This document shows positions 1 through 9,262 of a DNA stretch of 64,000 nt, one piece after another. The position numbers and the translations under genes were made by a program. The stretch is taken from NCBI GenBank assembly GCA_963751665.1, contig CAVVVF010000005.1, forward strand, positions 23,924 to 87,923. Reading direction: 5' to 3'. Each line of letters starts with the position of its first letter. Position 1 is the stretch's first letter. The stretch is from an uncultured Actinomycetes bacterium (GTDB lineage Bacteria > Actinomycetota > UBA4738 > HRBIN12). The notes beneath the pieces were generated by a model that made no database searches, was not told the origin of the DNA, and saw only the letters and a program-made list of their open reading frames with translations.

Positions 1-186
1 GTCGCATGCAGGAGCGCCGGGTGCTCCAGGCTTGTCCGGTCGGTCTCGTTTCTCGTTCTCATCGTCTCGCCATCCATGGTGCGTCTTGACTCGCCGTTCA
101 AAGCATATCGGCCATCCCAAGCACGGGGTGATCCGTCGATTCATTAACCCGGTGGCCCGGTGGCCCAATCCCGGGGCGCGTCCCCT

Positions 187-211
187 GTTTGGTCGCTCGA
201 CCTGCGGGTAG
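187..211 (+). promoter_or_regulatory. SigB/SigF-type stress promoter candidate (GTTT-N15-GGGTAG)
   Basis: Seen: GTTT at 187-190 and GGGTAG at 206-211, upstream of the ORF at 244. It resembles the GTTT-N14-17-GGGTAW consensus of the SigB/SigF group. Confidence 0.45.
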
Positions 212-243
212 GGTTGCGATGTCACCAGGGATCGGAGAGGCGC

Positions 244-489
244 ATGGAGCGGGACGATCGCAAGCGAGCGGGCACGCCCGTGCCCGGACCGGCCCCGGAC
301 CCCAACCCGGCTCCGGTGCCCGATCCTCTGCCACCACCGAGCCCGCCAGAACCCCCTTCGCCCGATCCGCCGGCGCCGGCCCCGGGCCCTCCGGCCCCAC
401 CCGCGCCGAGCCCGCCGCAACCCCCCGGGCGAGAACCGCAGCCCGATGAGCCGCCGATCCCTCGCGCAGAGCCGAGGTCCGGCCGCTAG
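244..489 (+). CDS. Small proline-rich hypothetical protein (81 aa)
   Basis: GGAGAGG SD immediately before ATG 244, upstream promoter candidate, low-complexity PxP-rich product. Confidence 0.45.
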   Translation: MERDDRKRAGTPVPGPAPDPNPAPVPDPLPPPSPPEPPSPDPPAPAPGPPAPPAPSPPQPPGREPQPDEPPIPRAEPRSGR

Positions 490-560
490 CCCGCCTTGCG
501 GATCGCGTCGATCAGATCTGAGGGCGGTCGAGGAGGTGTGTGAGCCGCGGGGAGCCGGTC

Positions 561-1118
561 TCAGGCTATTGCGGGAATGCCTTGAAGCTCGCGGTCCGGA
601 CCCCACTCCGATACCAGGGCGTCCAGGTCGCGCACGACCGGGATCCCGTACCTCGTCTGGAGAGATCCGGTGTCGATCGAGGCCGAGGTCTTGGGTCGAA
701 CGAACAGGGCGAGCGGCTTGCAGAACTGGCTCCTCCAGCCTTCGGTGCCGAGCAGGACCCTGCCCCATGCTTCGGCGACGCCCAGGACGAGGCCTCCGAA
801 CCCCGAATCCCACGGGTCGACCTCCCACGGGGACAGGCGCTGCTGCTCCCGGGGGGCTTCCGTGGGCAGCTCGTTCAGCCCGTAGAACCCGCAGTCGCAG
901 CTGAGCGCCGGGGCTCCTGTCTGGTGCTCCGCCCGCAGGCGGGAGTAGAACCACATCCGCCCGTACTTCAGGATGAAGCACTCGGCCCGGTTCGAGGCCG
1001 GGTCCCAACGGCTGCGGCCGAAGAAGGGCGACTCGAGCCATCCGGCCCGGCCCACTCGCCACCAGCGGTATCCGCGGAAGCCACCGACCACGAGGTCGCG
1101 GCCGAAGTCCTTCTTCAA
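561..1118 (-). CDS. Conserved-looking hypothetical protein (185 aa) with GYRxW / H-x-CxCGFYG / WGRV motifs
   Basis: TTG start at 1118 overlaps the stop of the upstream peptide (TTGA). Globular composition, motifs FRGYRWW, RAEC, H..APALSCDCGFYG, VLGVAEAWGRVLLGTEGWRS. Confidence 0.75.
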   Translation of the reverse strand: MKKDFGRDLVVGGFRGYRWWRVGRAGWLESPFFGRSRWDPASNRAECFILKYGRMWFYSRLRAEHQTGAPALSCDCGFYGLNELPTEAPREQQRLSPWEVDPWDSGFGGLVLGVAEAWGRVLLGTEGWRSQFCKPLALFVRPKTSASIDTGSLQTRYGIPVVRDLDALVSEWGPDRELQGIPAIA

Positions 1119-1243
1119 CGCCCCGTGGGCTCGGGGACTGGTTCCGTCGTCGCGGGAGCCGTCTCGGGCGCCTCGACCGGCGCCTCCACGATCCGAGGAT
1201 CCGGCACGGCTTCCACCTCTCGGACGATCTTTCCGATCCTCAT
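1115..1243 (-). CDS. 42-aa Pro/Glu-rich peptide MRIGKIVREVEAVPDPRIVEAPVEAPETAPATTEPVPEPTGR
   Basis: Strong GAGGAGG SD about 6-7 nt before ATG 1243, with a 4-nt TTGA overlap with the next gene. Confidence 0.7.
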   Translation of the reverse strand: MRIGKIVREVEAVPDPRIVEAPVEAPETAPATTEPVPEPTGR

Positions 1244-1319
1244 GGCGAACCTCCTCTTGGGTGAACCTATCGACCGCTTCGGTCCCGGGGTTGATACCCA
1301 CATGGAGGCGCGGGGGGGA

Positions 1320-1346
1320 GGTTTGGCCAGGCACGGCCAGGGGAAT
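1320..1346 (+). promoter_or_regulatory. SigB/SigF-type promoter candidate (GGTTT-N16-GGGAAT)
   Basis: Seen directly. It points toward the anti-sigma factor remnant at 1427. Confidence 0.5.
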
Positions 1347-1426
1347 CCTTGGACTTCGGGCAGGGCCATCGGAGGGAGGGCACAGGAGGGGGCGGACGTC
1401 CAGTCGCTCGATTCCAGGGGGGCGTC

Positions 1427-1680
1427 GTGACCTCGACTGAAGGGCACGCCGGCTCATCCACATCTGAGCGGCGCTACCCGGGTCTCGGCCGACACCGTCG
1501 CACGGGCCCGGCGAGAGCTGGAACACGCTGCTTCCACCTCTCCGGCCGGCGTGCCTCGACACCCTGCGACTGTTGGCCAGTGAGGTCGTCACCAACGCGA
1601 CCAGGCATGGGCCCGGCGGATCGGCGACGGTGTCGGTGTTCGGTGTCGGGAATCCTCGAGCGAGGGTGCCTGGAACGCGC
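1427..1680 (+). pseudogene. Truncated, frameshifted RsbW-like anti-sigma factor (HATPase_c_2) remnant
   Basis: Joining frames gives ERRYP-VSADTVARARRELE-..CLDTLRLLASEVVTNATRHG (N-box). No downstream G-boxes, and it runs into the convergent gene. Confidence 0.6.
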
Positions 1681-4600
1681 TACCCTGCGCGCTCGGCCGC
1701 CCGGGGATCGATCTCCTCGAGCAGCGCGCGGGCCCTGGCGGCGGGTGCCTCCGCGCCCTTTCGCTCCAGCGTTCGCAGCGCCCTCCGGGCGAACGGCACC
1801 GCCTCGTTGGGACGCTCCGTCAGTCGCAGCACCTCTGCCAGATCGAGGAGCGCGCCGGCCCGAAGGTCGATCAGGTCCGTCTGATCCGCCAGCTGGACGG
1901 CCTGGCGGGCCAGGGACTTCGCCTCATCGGGCCTTCCCTCTCTTGCCAAGACCTTCGCCCGGGCCGACCGCCACCGGACCTGGGTCCACAGGTCACCCGG
2001 GGCGCCGTCTCGCTCCGCCAGCTCGGTGAACTCGAGCGCCCCCTGCAGATCCCGAAGGTCGCAGGCCACATGGGCGAGTGACGCGGCGACCTCCCCGCGC
2101 AGCCCGGCATCCGCAAGCCGGTCGGCGTGTTCCCACGCCTGGCGCATCAGCCGTTCCGCAGTCCGGAGCTCCTGCCCGTACACCTCGATCTGTCCCGAGC
2201 GAAGCAGGCACATCGCGAGCTCCCGTTCCAGGCCGAGGTCCTCGACCTCCGTGACCGATCGAGCCACCATCGCTCGCGCCTCGTCCACGTCGCCGCCCCT
2301 TGCCATGAGCACTGCCAACGTCGTAGCGACCTCCTGCTCGGCGGGGCGTCGTCCCCGGACGGTGGCAAGGATCCCCTGGCATCGCACCATTGCGTCCTTC
2401 ACCGGGGCAGGACCATCCACGATGGCCCGGGCGAGGTCGCGAAGCGCCGCTACCTCGTCGCCATCTCGGCCCGCCCGCCGGGCGTGGTCCGCCGCTCGCT
2501 CTGCTGCGTTGGCGGCCGCCGCGAAGTGTCCGCGGTGCCGGCGCACCACCCCCCGAGCCGACCAGGCCCAGGCCAGGCCGACGTCGTCTCCGAGCTCGCG
2601 GAACGCGGCAATCGCCGAGTCCGCCGTCTCGCGAAGGGTTTCGAGCGCCTCCCGGTCCACCCCGTCCGCGAATCCCAGGCTCGTTCGGACCAGCCTGGCT
2701 CGCCATTCCACAGCTCGATCGTTGGCGTACCTGGCCGCTCTGGCAGCCTGCGCCAACAGGCCTTCGGCCATGGACCGCTCCCCCAGCTCGGCCATCGAGA
2801 GCGCCGTCTCGAGCAGGAGCTGCGGCTGCACCGGGTCGTCGGATGACAGGAGGGATGATGCGCGGAGCCACAGCTGGACGGCGCCGTGGGGATCGCCCAG
2901 CGCCGCCGCCGTAGCCCCCGCGGACGCCAGCATCCCGGCCGCCCGGCGAGCCAGCTCGTCGTCCTGCGCCGCCGACCCTGCTTGCCGCCGCGATCGACAG
3001 GCCGACTCGAGATGCGAGCCGATGAGCTCCGCGTGGCGCTCCGGGCGCTCTCCCGCAGCTTCCTGGAGGCGCTCGGCGGAGCGCTCGTGGACGTCCGCCC
3101 GGACCCCCTCGTCCACCTCGGTCAATGCGGCGGTGCGAAACTGCGAGTGGGAGAAGGAGTACAGCTCCTCGTCCGTCGTCGCGGACACCTCGGAACGAAG
3201 GAACCGCTTCGAGGTCAGTGCCGCCAGATGGTCGTGGACGGCATCGCGTTCCTCCTCGGGGACCAGCGCGGCGAAGAGCGCCCAGGGGAACGACTCGCCC
3301 AGCACTGAGGCCAGCCCGATGGCCGAGCGCTGATCGGGATCCAGGCCCTTCACCCGGTCCTCCACGATCGCCTGCGTCGAAGGTGGCAGGGGAGGGTCGG
3401 GGGCGAAGGGGTCGAAGGCGGGGACCCACCGGCGGTGTTCGAACCGGAGCCTCCCCTGATCCACCAGCAGCGCCAGGAGCTGCTCCGTGGCGAACGGGTT
3501 CCCCCCGGCCGTCCGGGCGATCAGGTCCATGAGGGCCGGTTCGGTCTCCGGGCTCGCGGTGAGCTCAGCCACGAGCGATGCGAGCTCCACGTTCGCGAGG
3601 GGTCCCAACCGGATCATCGTGGCCCTTTCATCGGGATTGGGCTCCGAGCGGGCCGAGCAGATCAGCAGAACCGAAGCGTGTTGTGTTCGGAGCATCACGT
3701 CCTTCAGGACGCCCGCGAACCCGACCCCGGCCCGGTCGGCGTCATCGATGAAGATCACCAGCGGGCCGTTCGGAGAGGCGGCCTCCAGCAGCCGGCGGAT
3801 GGCCCACGTGGTCTCCTCGGGGACGGCCAGGCCTCTCGAGAGCCCCAGGACCGGCATCAACCGCACGGCCACCCGGCCCGCTTCGTCTCCCTCGCCGAGA
3901 AGGCGGTGGATCTTGGCCCGGACCTCCTCCGGCGGATCCCGGTCGTTCACCCAGGCCGCCTGTTCGACGATGTCGGCGAGCGGCCACATGGTCCCGCCCT
4001 CGGACGGGGGACGGCACCGGATCCGGATCACCCGGGCCGAGACCTCGCCCTCCAGGCCGCGCAGGAACTCCTCGGCCACGGCGGTCTTGCCCATACCGGC
4101 ATCGCCGGTGATCCACACGGTGGATGCGACCTGCTCCGAGACGACTCGCTGAAAGGTCTCCCGCAGGCGCGCGAGCTCTTGCTCCCGTCCCACGAACGAA
4201 GGCTCGGGCAGCGAGGCGAGGGTGGGATCCGCCACGACCTCCAGGAGGCGAAGCGGCCCCACCGGCTGGCCCCCATCCATCCTGGCCCGCCCGTCCACGG
4301 GCTGGACCGCGGCGGCGTTGCCGATCCGCCGGTACACGCCCTCGCCCACTATGACTTCGCCGGGCTCGGCCATGCGCTGGAGCCGGACCGCCAGGTCGAC
4401 GACCCGTTGCTCCCACAGACCCGAGGCTTCGGGTCCGGACCCCATCACCTCCGACGTCCCGACGCCCGTCCGCATCAGCACGGTCGCCGAACCGAGCCCG
4501 AGGTCGCCGGCCGCCGCCGCCGGGATGGCCTCGCGGATCTCGGCCGCCGCCCGGACGGCCCGAAGCGGGCCGTCGGCCGCGGCCGGCTCCGGCCCGAACA

Positions 4601-5000
4601 CCGCCACCAGCGTGTTGAGGCTTCCCCCGAGGCTGTCCACCGTGCCGCCATAGCGTTCCAGCACGCCCCGGATCTGCTGAAGCGTGCCCGCCATCTCCTC
4701 CAATGCGCCGGCCGCATCCCACATCTCGGTGGTCCCCTCGCCGGCGTCCTCGGCTCCGGCACGTGGTGAGACCTCGCAGACCACGGCCGTGACGATCGGC
4801 TGGTCTGTCGGTGGGACGTCCTGTTCGAAAGGTTGCGGCTCAGCTGCCACCGCGACGAGCGTTGCGCCGCACCGCTGACAGAACCGGGCTCGGTTAGAGT
4901 TGCGTTCCCCGCAGGCCTCGCAGACGATCGCGACGTCCTCCTCGGCGGAGGGACCGTGCGGCTCCTCGGTGGGAACGGCCCAGCCCGCAGCGGACTCCAT
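1680..5000 (-). CDS. Zn-ribbon + degenerate class III nucleotide cyclase + STAND/AAA ATPase + TPR-like protein (1106 aa)
   Basis: CEAC..FCQRCG ribbon, cyclase-like segment, Walker A GDAGMGKT, Walker B IFIDD, GGNPF motif, helical repeat C-terminus. Confidence 0.85.
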   Translation of the reverse strand: MESAAGWAVPTEEPHGPSAEEDVAIVCEACGERNSNRARFCQRCGATLVAVAAEPQPFEQDVPPTDQPIVTAVVCEVSPRAGAEDAGEGTTEMWDAAGALEEMAGTLQQIRGVLERYGGTVDSLGGSLNTLVAVFGPEPAAADGPLRAVRAAAEIREAIPAAAAGDLGLGSATVLMRTGVGTSEVMGSGPEASGLWEQRVVDLAVRLQRMAEPGEVIVGEGVYRRIGNAAAVQPVDGRARMDGGQPVGPLRLLEVVADPTLASLPEPSFVGREQELARLRETFQRVVSEQVASTVWITGDAGMGKTAVAEEFLRGLEGEVSARVIRIRCRPPSEGGTMWPLADIVEQAAWVNDRDPPEEVRAKIHRLLGEGDEAGRVAVRLMPVLGLSRGLAVPEETTWAIRRLLEAASPNGPLVIFIDDADRAGVGFAGVLKDVMLRTQHASVLLICSARSEPNPDERATMIRLGPLANVELASLVAELTASPETEPALMDLIARTAGGNPFATEQLLALLVDQGRLRFEHRRWVPAFDPFAPDPPLPPSTQAIVEDRVKGLDPDQRSAIGLASVLGESFPWALFAALVPEEERDAVHDHLAALTSKRFLRSEVSATTDEELYSFSHSQFRTAALTEVDEGVRADVHERSAERLQEAAGERPERHAELIGSHLESACRSRRQAGSAAQDDELARRAAGMLASAGATAAALGDPHGAVQLWLRASSLLSSDDPVQPQLLLETALSMAELGERSMAEGLLAQAARAARYANDRAVEWRARLVRTSLGFADGVDREALETLRETADSAIAAFRELGDDVGLAWAWSARGVVRRHRGHFAAAANAAERAADHARRAGRDGDEVAALRDLARAIVDGPAPVKDAMVRCQGILATVRGRRPAEQEVATTLAVLMARGGDVDEARAMVARSVTEVEDLGLERELAMCLLRSGQIEVYGQELRTAERLMRQAWEHADRLADAGLRGEVAASLAHVACDLRDLQGALEFTELAERDGAPGDLWTQVRWRSARAKVLAREGRPDEAKSLARQAVQLADQTDLIDLRAGALLDLAEVLRLTERPNEAVPFARRALRTLERKGAEAPAARARALLEEIDPRAAERAG

Positions 5001-5006
5001 CCGGGC

Positions 5007-6086
5007 TCAGGCCCCCTCGCGGGCCATGGCTCCCCGAAGCGCCAGGCTGAGGTCGTGCGGGTTGGTGGCGACGGCCCGGGCATCCTCCTCGGCCACGAGC
5101 CCTCCCTGCACCAGCTTCATCAGGGCCTGGTCGAACGTCTGCATCCCGTCGAAGCCGCTGTCGGCGATGATCTCCGGCAGGTCGCCCGTGGTCTCACGGT
5201 CGAGGATCCGCTCGGACACGCGGCCCGTGTTGATCAGCACCTCGACGGCCGGGATCCGGCCGAGGCCGTCGATCCGCTCCAGGAGCCGCTGGGAGACGAT
5301 GCCCCGCAGCGCGCCGGCTAGCGACGCTCGGACCTGTCCCTGCTGTTGCTGGGGGAACAGCTCGACCACGCGGGCGATCGTCTCGGTGGCGTCGATGGTG
5401 TGCATGGTGGAAAGGACGAGGTGGCCGGTCTGGGCGGCCTGGATGGCGGCGAGGGCTGAGTCCGCGTCACGGATCTCGCCCAGGAAGATCACGTCGGGGT
5501 CCTGGCGAAGCACCTGCCGGAGCCCCACGGCGTACGACGTGGTGTCGGGCCCGACCTCCCGTTGCCAGACGACCGACATGTCGTCGGTGTGGATCACCTC
5601 GATGGGATCCTCGATCGTGACGATGTGGGCCCGGCGGGTCCGGTTGATGAACCCGATCATCGAGGCGATCGTGGTGGTCTTGCCCGATCCGGTCGGGCCG
5701 GTGACCAGGGCCAGGCCCCGCCTGGCCTCGCCGAAGCTCTGGACCACGGCCGGGAGCTGGAGCTCCGCGAAGGTCTGGCCCTCCGAGCTCACCCGGCGGA
5801 TGGCCAGGGCCACCGTCCCCCGCTGGCGAAGCACGTTCACCCGGAACCTCCCGAACCCCTCGAGCGAGTAGGCGAAGTCCGCCTCGTTCGTCGTGGCGAA
5901 CTCGGCTGCCTTGTGGGGAGGGGTGAGGAACTCGGCGGCCGCCTCGGTGTCGCTCCCGTCGAGGGTCGGGAAGGCGGCCGGCAGCATCTCCCCGTCGACG
6001 CGGATGAATGGGATGTTCCCCGCGGACAGATGGAGGTCGCTCGCCCCCCTCTCGACCGCGTAGCGCAGCAGATCGGCTACGTCCAT
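5007..6086 (-). CDS. pilT: Type IV pilus retraction ATPase, PilT/PilU family
   Basis: GASDLHL, GPTGSGKTTT, TIEDPIE, LRQDPDVIFLGEIRD, TGHLVLSTMHT, GMQTFDQ. ATG at 6086. Confidence 0.92.
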   Translation of the reverse strand: MDVADLLRYAVERGASDLHLSAGNIPFIRVDGEMLPAAFPTLDGSDTEAAAEFLTPPHKAAEFATTNEADFAYSLEGFGRFRVNVLRQRGTVALAIRRVSSEGQTFAELQLPAVVQSFGEARRGLALVTGPTGSGKTTTIASMIGFINRTRRAHIVTIEDPIEVIHTDDMSVVWQREVGPDTTSYAVGLRQVLRQDPDVIFLGEIRDADSALAAIQAAQTGHLVLSTMHTIDATETIARVVELFPQQQQGQVRASLAGALRGIVSQRLLERIDGLGRIPAVEVLINTGRVSERILDRETTGDLPEIIADSGFDGMQTFDQALMKLVQGGLVAEEDARAVATNPHDLSLALRGAMAREGA

Positions 6087-6165
6087 GGCAGTTTCGATCC
6101 TCGCCTCGAGGCGGTTCCGTATGGTTTTCGTCCTGGGGCCCCCCGTGCTTGAGGCTCGCGGGGAG

Positions 6166-7686
6166 TCAGGGCGTCCTGGAGGCGGCGCCAGCGACCCCTC
6201 CGGCCGGTGACGGGCGGGGCGAAGGGCTCGGCGAAGGGCTCGGGGTGAGTGTTCCGAACTCCCCTTCGACCAGGTGGCGGGTGACGGTAAGGGCGCCGGT
6301 CTTCGGTGACTGCTCGATGAGGTCGTAGGCCACAAGTCGGGGCGGGGTTCCCGGCTCGAAGTAAAGAACCTCGGCTGAGAGCGGGATGCCCTCATCGGGA
6401 AGGAACGTGGCGAAGTTCGAGCCGCCGGTCGTCCCCACCCGCAGGTACAACGTCCCGTCCTGAGCCCGGGAACCGTTCACGTGGAAATGCCCCGAGATCA
6501 CGAGCGGCACATGTCCCGCGACGCTTTGCGCCATGCGGTCGTCGTGGACCGCCACGATGTCGACGGGCTGAGGCGAGCGCTCGACGTCGGACAGGACGAG
6601 CGGGTCGACGGCCAGGACGCGCGTCTCGAACACCGCGTCGGACAGGCGCTCGATCGTCGGGGGCTTGATCGGGTCGCCCTTGCCGTAGATTCGAAGGCCG
6701 TCCAGTTCCGCGGTGGTGCCGTCCAGCACGATCGCGTTCGGCAACTTCTTCATGGCCTCCTGGAACGTCCGGCTGTCGTGATTGCCGCGGACCCACACAT
6801 ACGGCCTGCCCATCGAGGCGATGTCGTTCAGGACGACGTTCTCGGGTGGTGTGCCGAACGACGTGGTGTCGCCGGTGTCGACGATGAAGTCCACGTCGAA
6901 GCCGTCAGCGATCTGCTTGGCGAACTCGAGGCCGAGCGGCGAGAGGTGGATGTCGGAGATGTGCAGCACCCGGATCTCACCGGCCTCGCCCACGGGGCTC
7001 GTCTGGATCGACGTGTAGACCTTGATCGCGCCGTCGACGACTCTCTCGAGCTGGGCCCGGAACTCGTCGAACTTCGTCGCCGCGGAGCGGACCGGCGGAA
7101 TGATGTCGGCCGCCAGCGCGAGCGACCCCGAGAAGGTCGGTGTGGCGAACGCTGCGCTTCGAAACGTTGCCAGCGCTAGGATCTCGCACCCTCCCACCAG
7201 GATCACGGCAACCAGGATCGTGGAGACGAGCGGGACCCACCGCCTGCGGAATGCCAGGGCGCCGAAGAGGAACGCGCCGAAGCCGGCCACCGCGACGGTC
7301 CTGAGCGCGTGCAGTGGCAGGGCGTGCCGGGAGTCGGCCTGGACCCGGGCTACGAGACCGTCGATCCCGTCGGCCGACAGGTCCTTGGTGAGCTCGTTGA
7401 TCCGCACGTCGAGCAGGGTGGCGCTCAGCCGAAGCGGGGCCGCGTGGGTGTTGGCGCTCAGGTGCCCGAGCGGGGGAAGGACGATGTCCGTGACGCCCCG
7501 CCCGAACTGCGTGTCCAACCTGACCACGAAGGGCCCCATGTCGACCCTCGACGCCCCCCACACGGCCATGCCGAGCCAGGCGCCGGCCACCCCCAGTGCC
7601 AGGGGGAAGGCCAGGCGGAGGAGCCGTCGCGCATCGCCGGCGCGCTCTGACTCGAGGATCCGTCGCAGCCTTGGGATCGGTCGCAT
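6166..7686 (-). CDS. Membrane-anchored calcineurin-like metallophosphoesterase
   Basis: HISDIH, DTGD, GNHD, VHD, SGHFH motifs and N-terminal TM segments. Start is approximate. Confidence 0.88.
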   Translation of the reverse strand: MRPIPRLRRILESERAGDARRLLRLAFPLALGVAGAWLGMAVWGASRVDMGPFVVRLDTQFGRGVTDIVLPPLGHLSANTHAAPLRLSATLLDVRINELTKDLSADGIDGLVARVQADSRHALPLHALRTVAVAGFGAFLFGALAFRRRWVPLVSTILVAVILVGGCEILALATFRSAAFATPTFSGSLALAADIIPPVRSAATKFDEFRAQLERVVDGAIKVYTSIQTSPVGEAGEIRVLHISDIHLSPLGLEFAKQIADGFDVDFIVDTGDTTSFGTPPENVVLNDIASMGRPYVWVRGNHDSRTFQEAMKKLPNAIVLDGTTAELDGLRIYGKGDPIKPPTIERLSDAVFETRVLAVDPLVLSDVERSPQPVDIVAVHDDRMAQSVAGHVPLVISGHFHVNGSRAQDGTLYLRVGTTGGSNFATFLPDEGIPLSAEVLYFEPGTPPRLVAYDLIEQSPKTGALTVTRHLVEGEFGTLTPSPSPSPSPRPSPAGGVAGAASRTP

Positions 7687-7750
7687 CCTGCTGGGCATCG
7701 GCGGAGCCCGCATCCGACTGTACCTGCGTAGGTTGTTACAGTCGGCGACG

Positions 7751-9262
7751 GTGCAGGCATCCACGACCCGCAACGCCGCCATCGCCGGCTCGATCGCCTC
7801 CGTCGCGTTGGTCGCGATCGTCGCGTCGGTCCCCCGTTCTCCCTTCCAGCCGGTCCTGCCCGGCTCGGCCGGACCCTCCGGCCCGTTCCGGTGGCTGGCC
7901 GGCGTCACGGGGCTCGACGCCCTCAACGGGAGCGCGCTGGTGGTGGTCTCGGTCGTCACCGTGGCCCTGGCTGCGGCGGCGTTCCTGGCCGTCCTTCGCG
8001 AGGCCTGGCGGGGGTCGGTCTCGGCGCGCACCGTGATCGGGCTCGCGGTGGCCTACCACGTGGTCGTGTTCTTCCTGCCATTGCTGTTCTCGCGAGACGT
8101 GTACTCGTACGCGTACTACGGACGGATCGCCGCGGTCTACCACGCGAACCCGTACGTCGCCACGCCGTCGGACTTCCCGTCCGACCCCTTGGCGCTGTTC
8201 GTGGGGCCCCGGTGGGTCGGCACGCCGGCCGTCTACGGTCCGCTGTTCACGTTGCTTTCGTCGGGCGTGGCGCGGATGTTCGGAAGCGTCACGGCCCTGA
8301 TCGCCGCGTTCCGGGTCATGGCGATCGTCGCCAGCGTGGCGACGATCGTGATCGTGGCCCGCCTGGTTCGCCAGATCCGTCCGGACCGGGAGGCCTTCGC
8401 TGTGGCCATCATCGGGCTGAACCCGGTCGTGCTGTTCCAGTCCGTCGCCAGCGGCCACAACGACCTCCTCGTCGCACTGTCGATCGCCGGGGCCCTGGCG
8501 CTGGTCTTCGCGGGGAAGGACCTCCCGGCAACCGCGGTCCTTTCCTTAGGGACGATGGTGAAGGCGACGGCGGCGGTGCCGCTACTTCTGCTCGTGGTGG
8601 CCGCCGTGGCCCGGACCGAGCCGGGCCGGCGGGCCCGCGCGCTCGCCGCGCACCTGGCGGTGGCGGCGGCGATCGCGCTCCTGTTCGCCCTCCCGTTCCT
8701 GCAGACGAGCGACCCCACCCTGGGGATGGTGGAGCTCGCCCGGCATCAGGGGTGGCTCGCCCCATCGCGGTTCTTCGGCCGCGTGCTCGACGCGATGACC
8801 GGGGAATCGCTGGGCATCGTGGCCAGGGTGGCCTTCGCCGTGGCGTTCGTGCTGGCACTGTTCCTGATCGCACGCGCCCTGGTCCGGCGGGCCCCAGCCA
8901 TCCCGGCGAACGCGCAGGGCGCCGCATGGGGATGGAGCCTGCTGTTCCTGATGCTGCTTGGGCCGGTCCTGCTGCCGTGGTACCTGGCCTGGACGCTGCC
9001 ACTCGCGTGGCTGCTACCTCGAGTGCCTCGCCTCACCGTCGTGTCGATCGGAACGCTCCTCACCGTGTCGCAATGGGCCACCGAGCCGACGAGGTATCCA
9101 CGGGCCTACGACGTGAACGTGCTCTTCGGCCACTACGTCCTCACGCCCGTGGCGGTGGGGGTCCTATCCTGGCTCGTCGTGGACTTCGTTCGACGGCTTC
9201 GGATCGGCACGCCGCTCGAGGAGCAACCGGACGAGGTAGCCGCCTCCGCCCGCCGACGCTGA
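7751..9262 (+). CDS. Polyprenol-phosphomannose-dependent alpha-1,6-mannosyltransferase (MptA/MptB-like, GT-C)
   Basis: PLLFSRDVYSY, NPY, VYGPLF, HNDLL, LPWY motifs in a polytopic membrane protein. GTG start is approximate. Confidence 0.82.
   Translation: MQASTTRNAAIAGSIASVALVAIVASVPRSPFQPVLPGSAGPSGPFRWLAGVTGLDALNGSALVVVSVVTVALAAAAFLAVLREAWRGSVSARTVIGLAVAYHVVVFFLPLLFSRDVYSYAYYGRIAAVYHANPYVATPSDFPSDPLALFVGPRWVGTPAVYGPLFTLLSSGVARMFGSVTALIAAFRVMAIVASVATIVIVARLVRQIRPDREAFAVAIIGLNPVVLFQSVASGHNDLLVALSIAGALALVFAGKDLPATAVLSLGTMVKATAAVPLLLLVVAAVARTEPGRRARALAAHLAVAAAIALLFALPFLQTSDPTLGMVELARHQGWLAPSRFFGRVLDAMTGESLGIVARVAFAVAFVLALFLIARALVRRAPAIPANAQGAAWGWSLLFLMLLGPVLLPWYLAWTLPLAWLLPRVPRLTVVSIGTLLTVSQWATEPTRYPRAYDVNVLFGHYVLTPVAVGVLSWLVVDFVRRLRIGTPLEEQPDEVAASARRR

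Noticed and set aside
1-77. Possible 5' end of a minus-strand gene (MDGETMRTRNETDRTSLEHPALLHA)
   Set aside because: Too little sequence to support a call.
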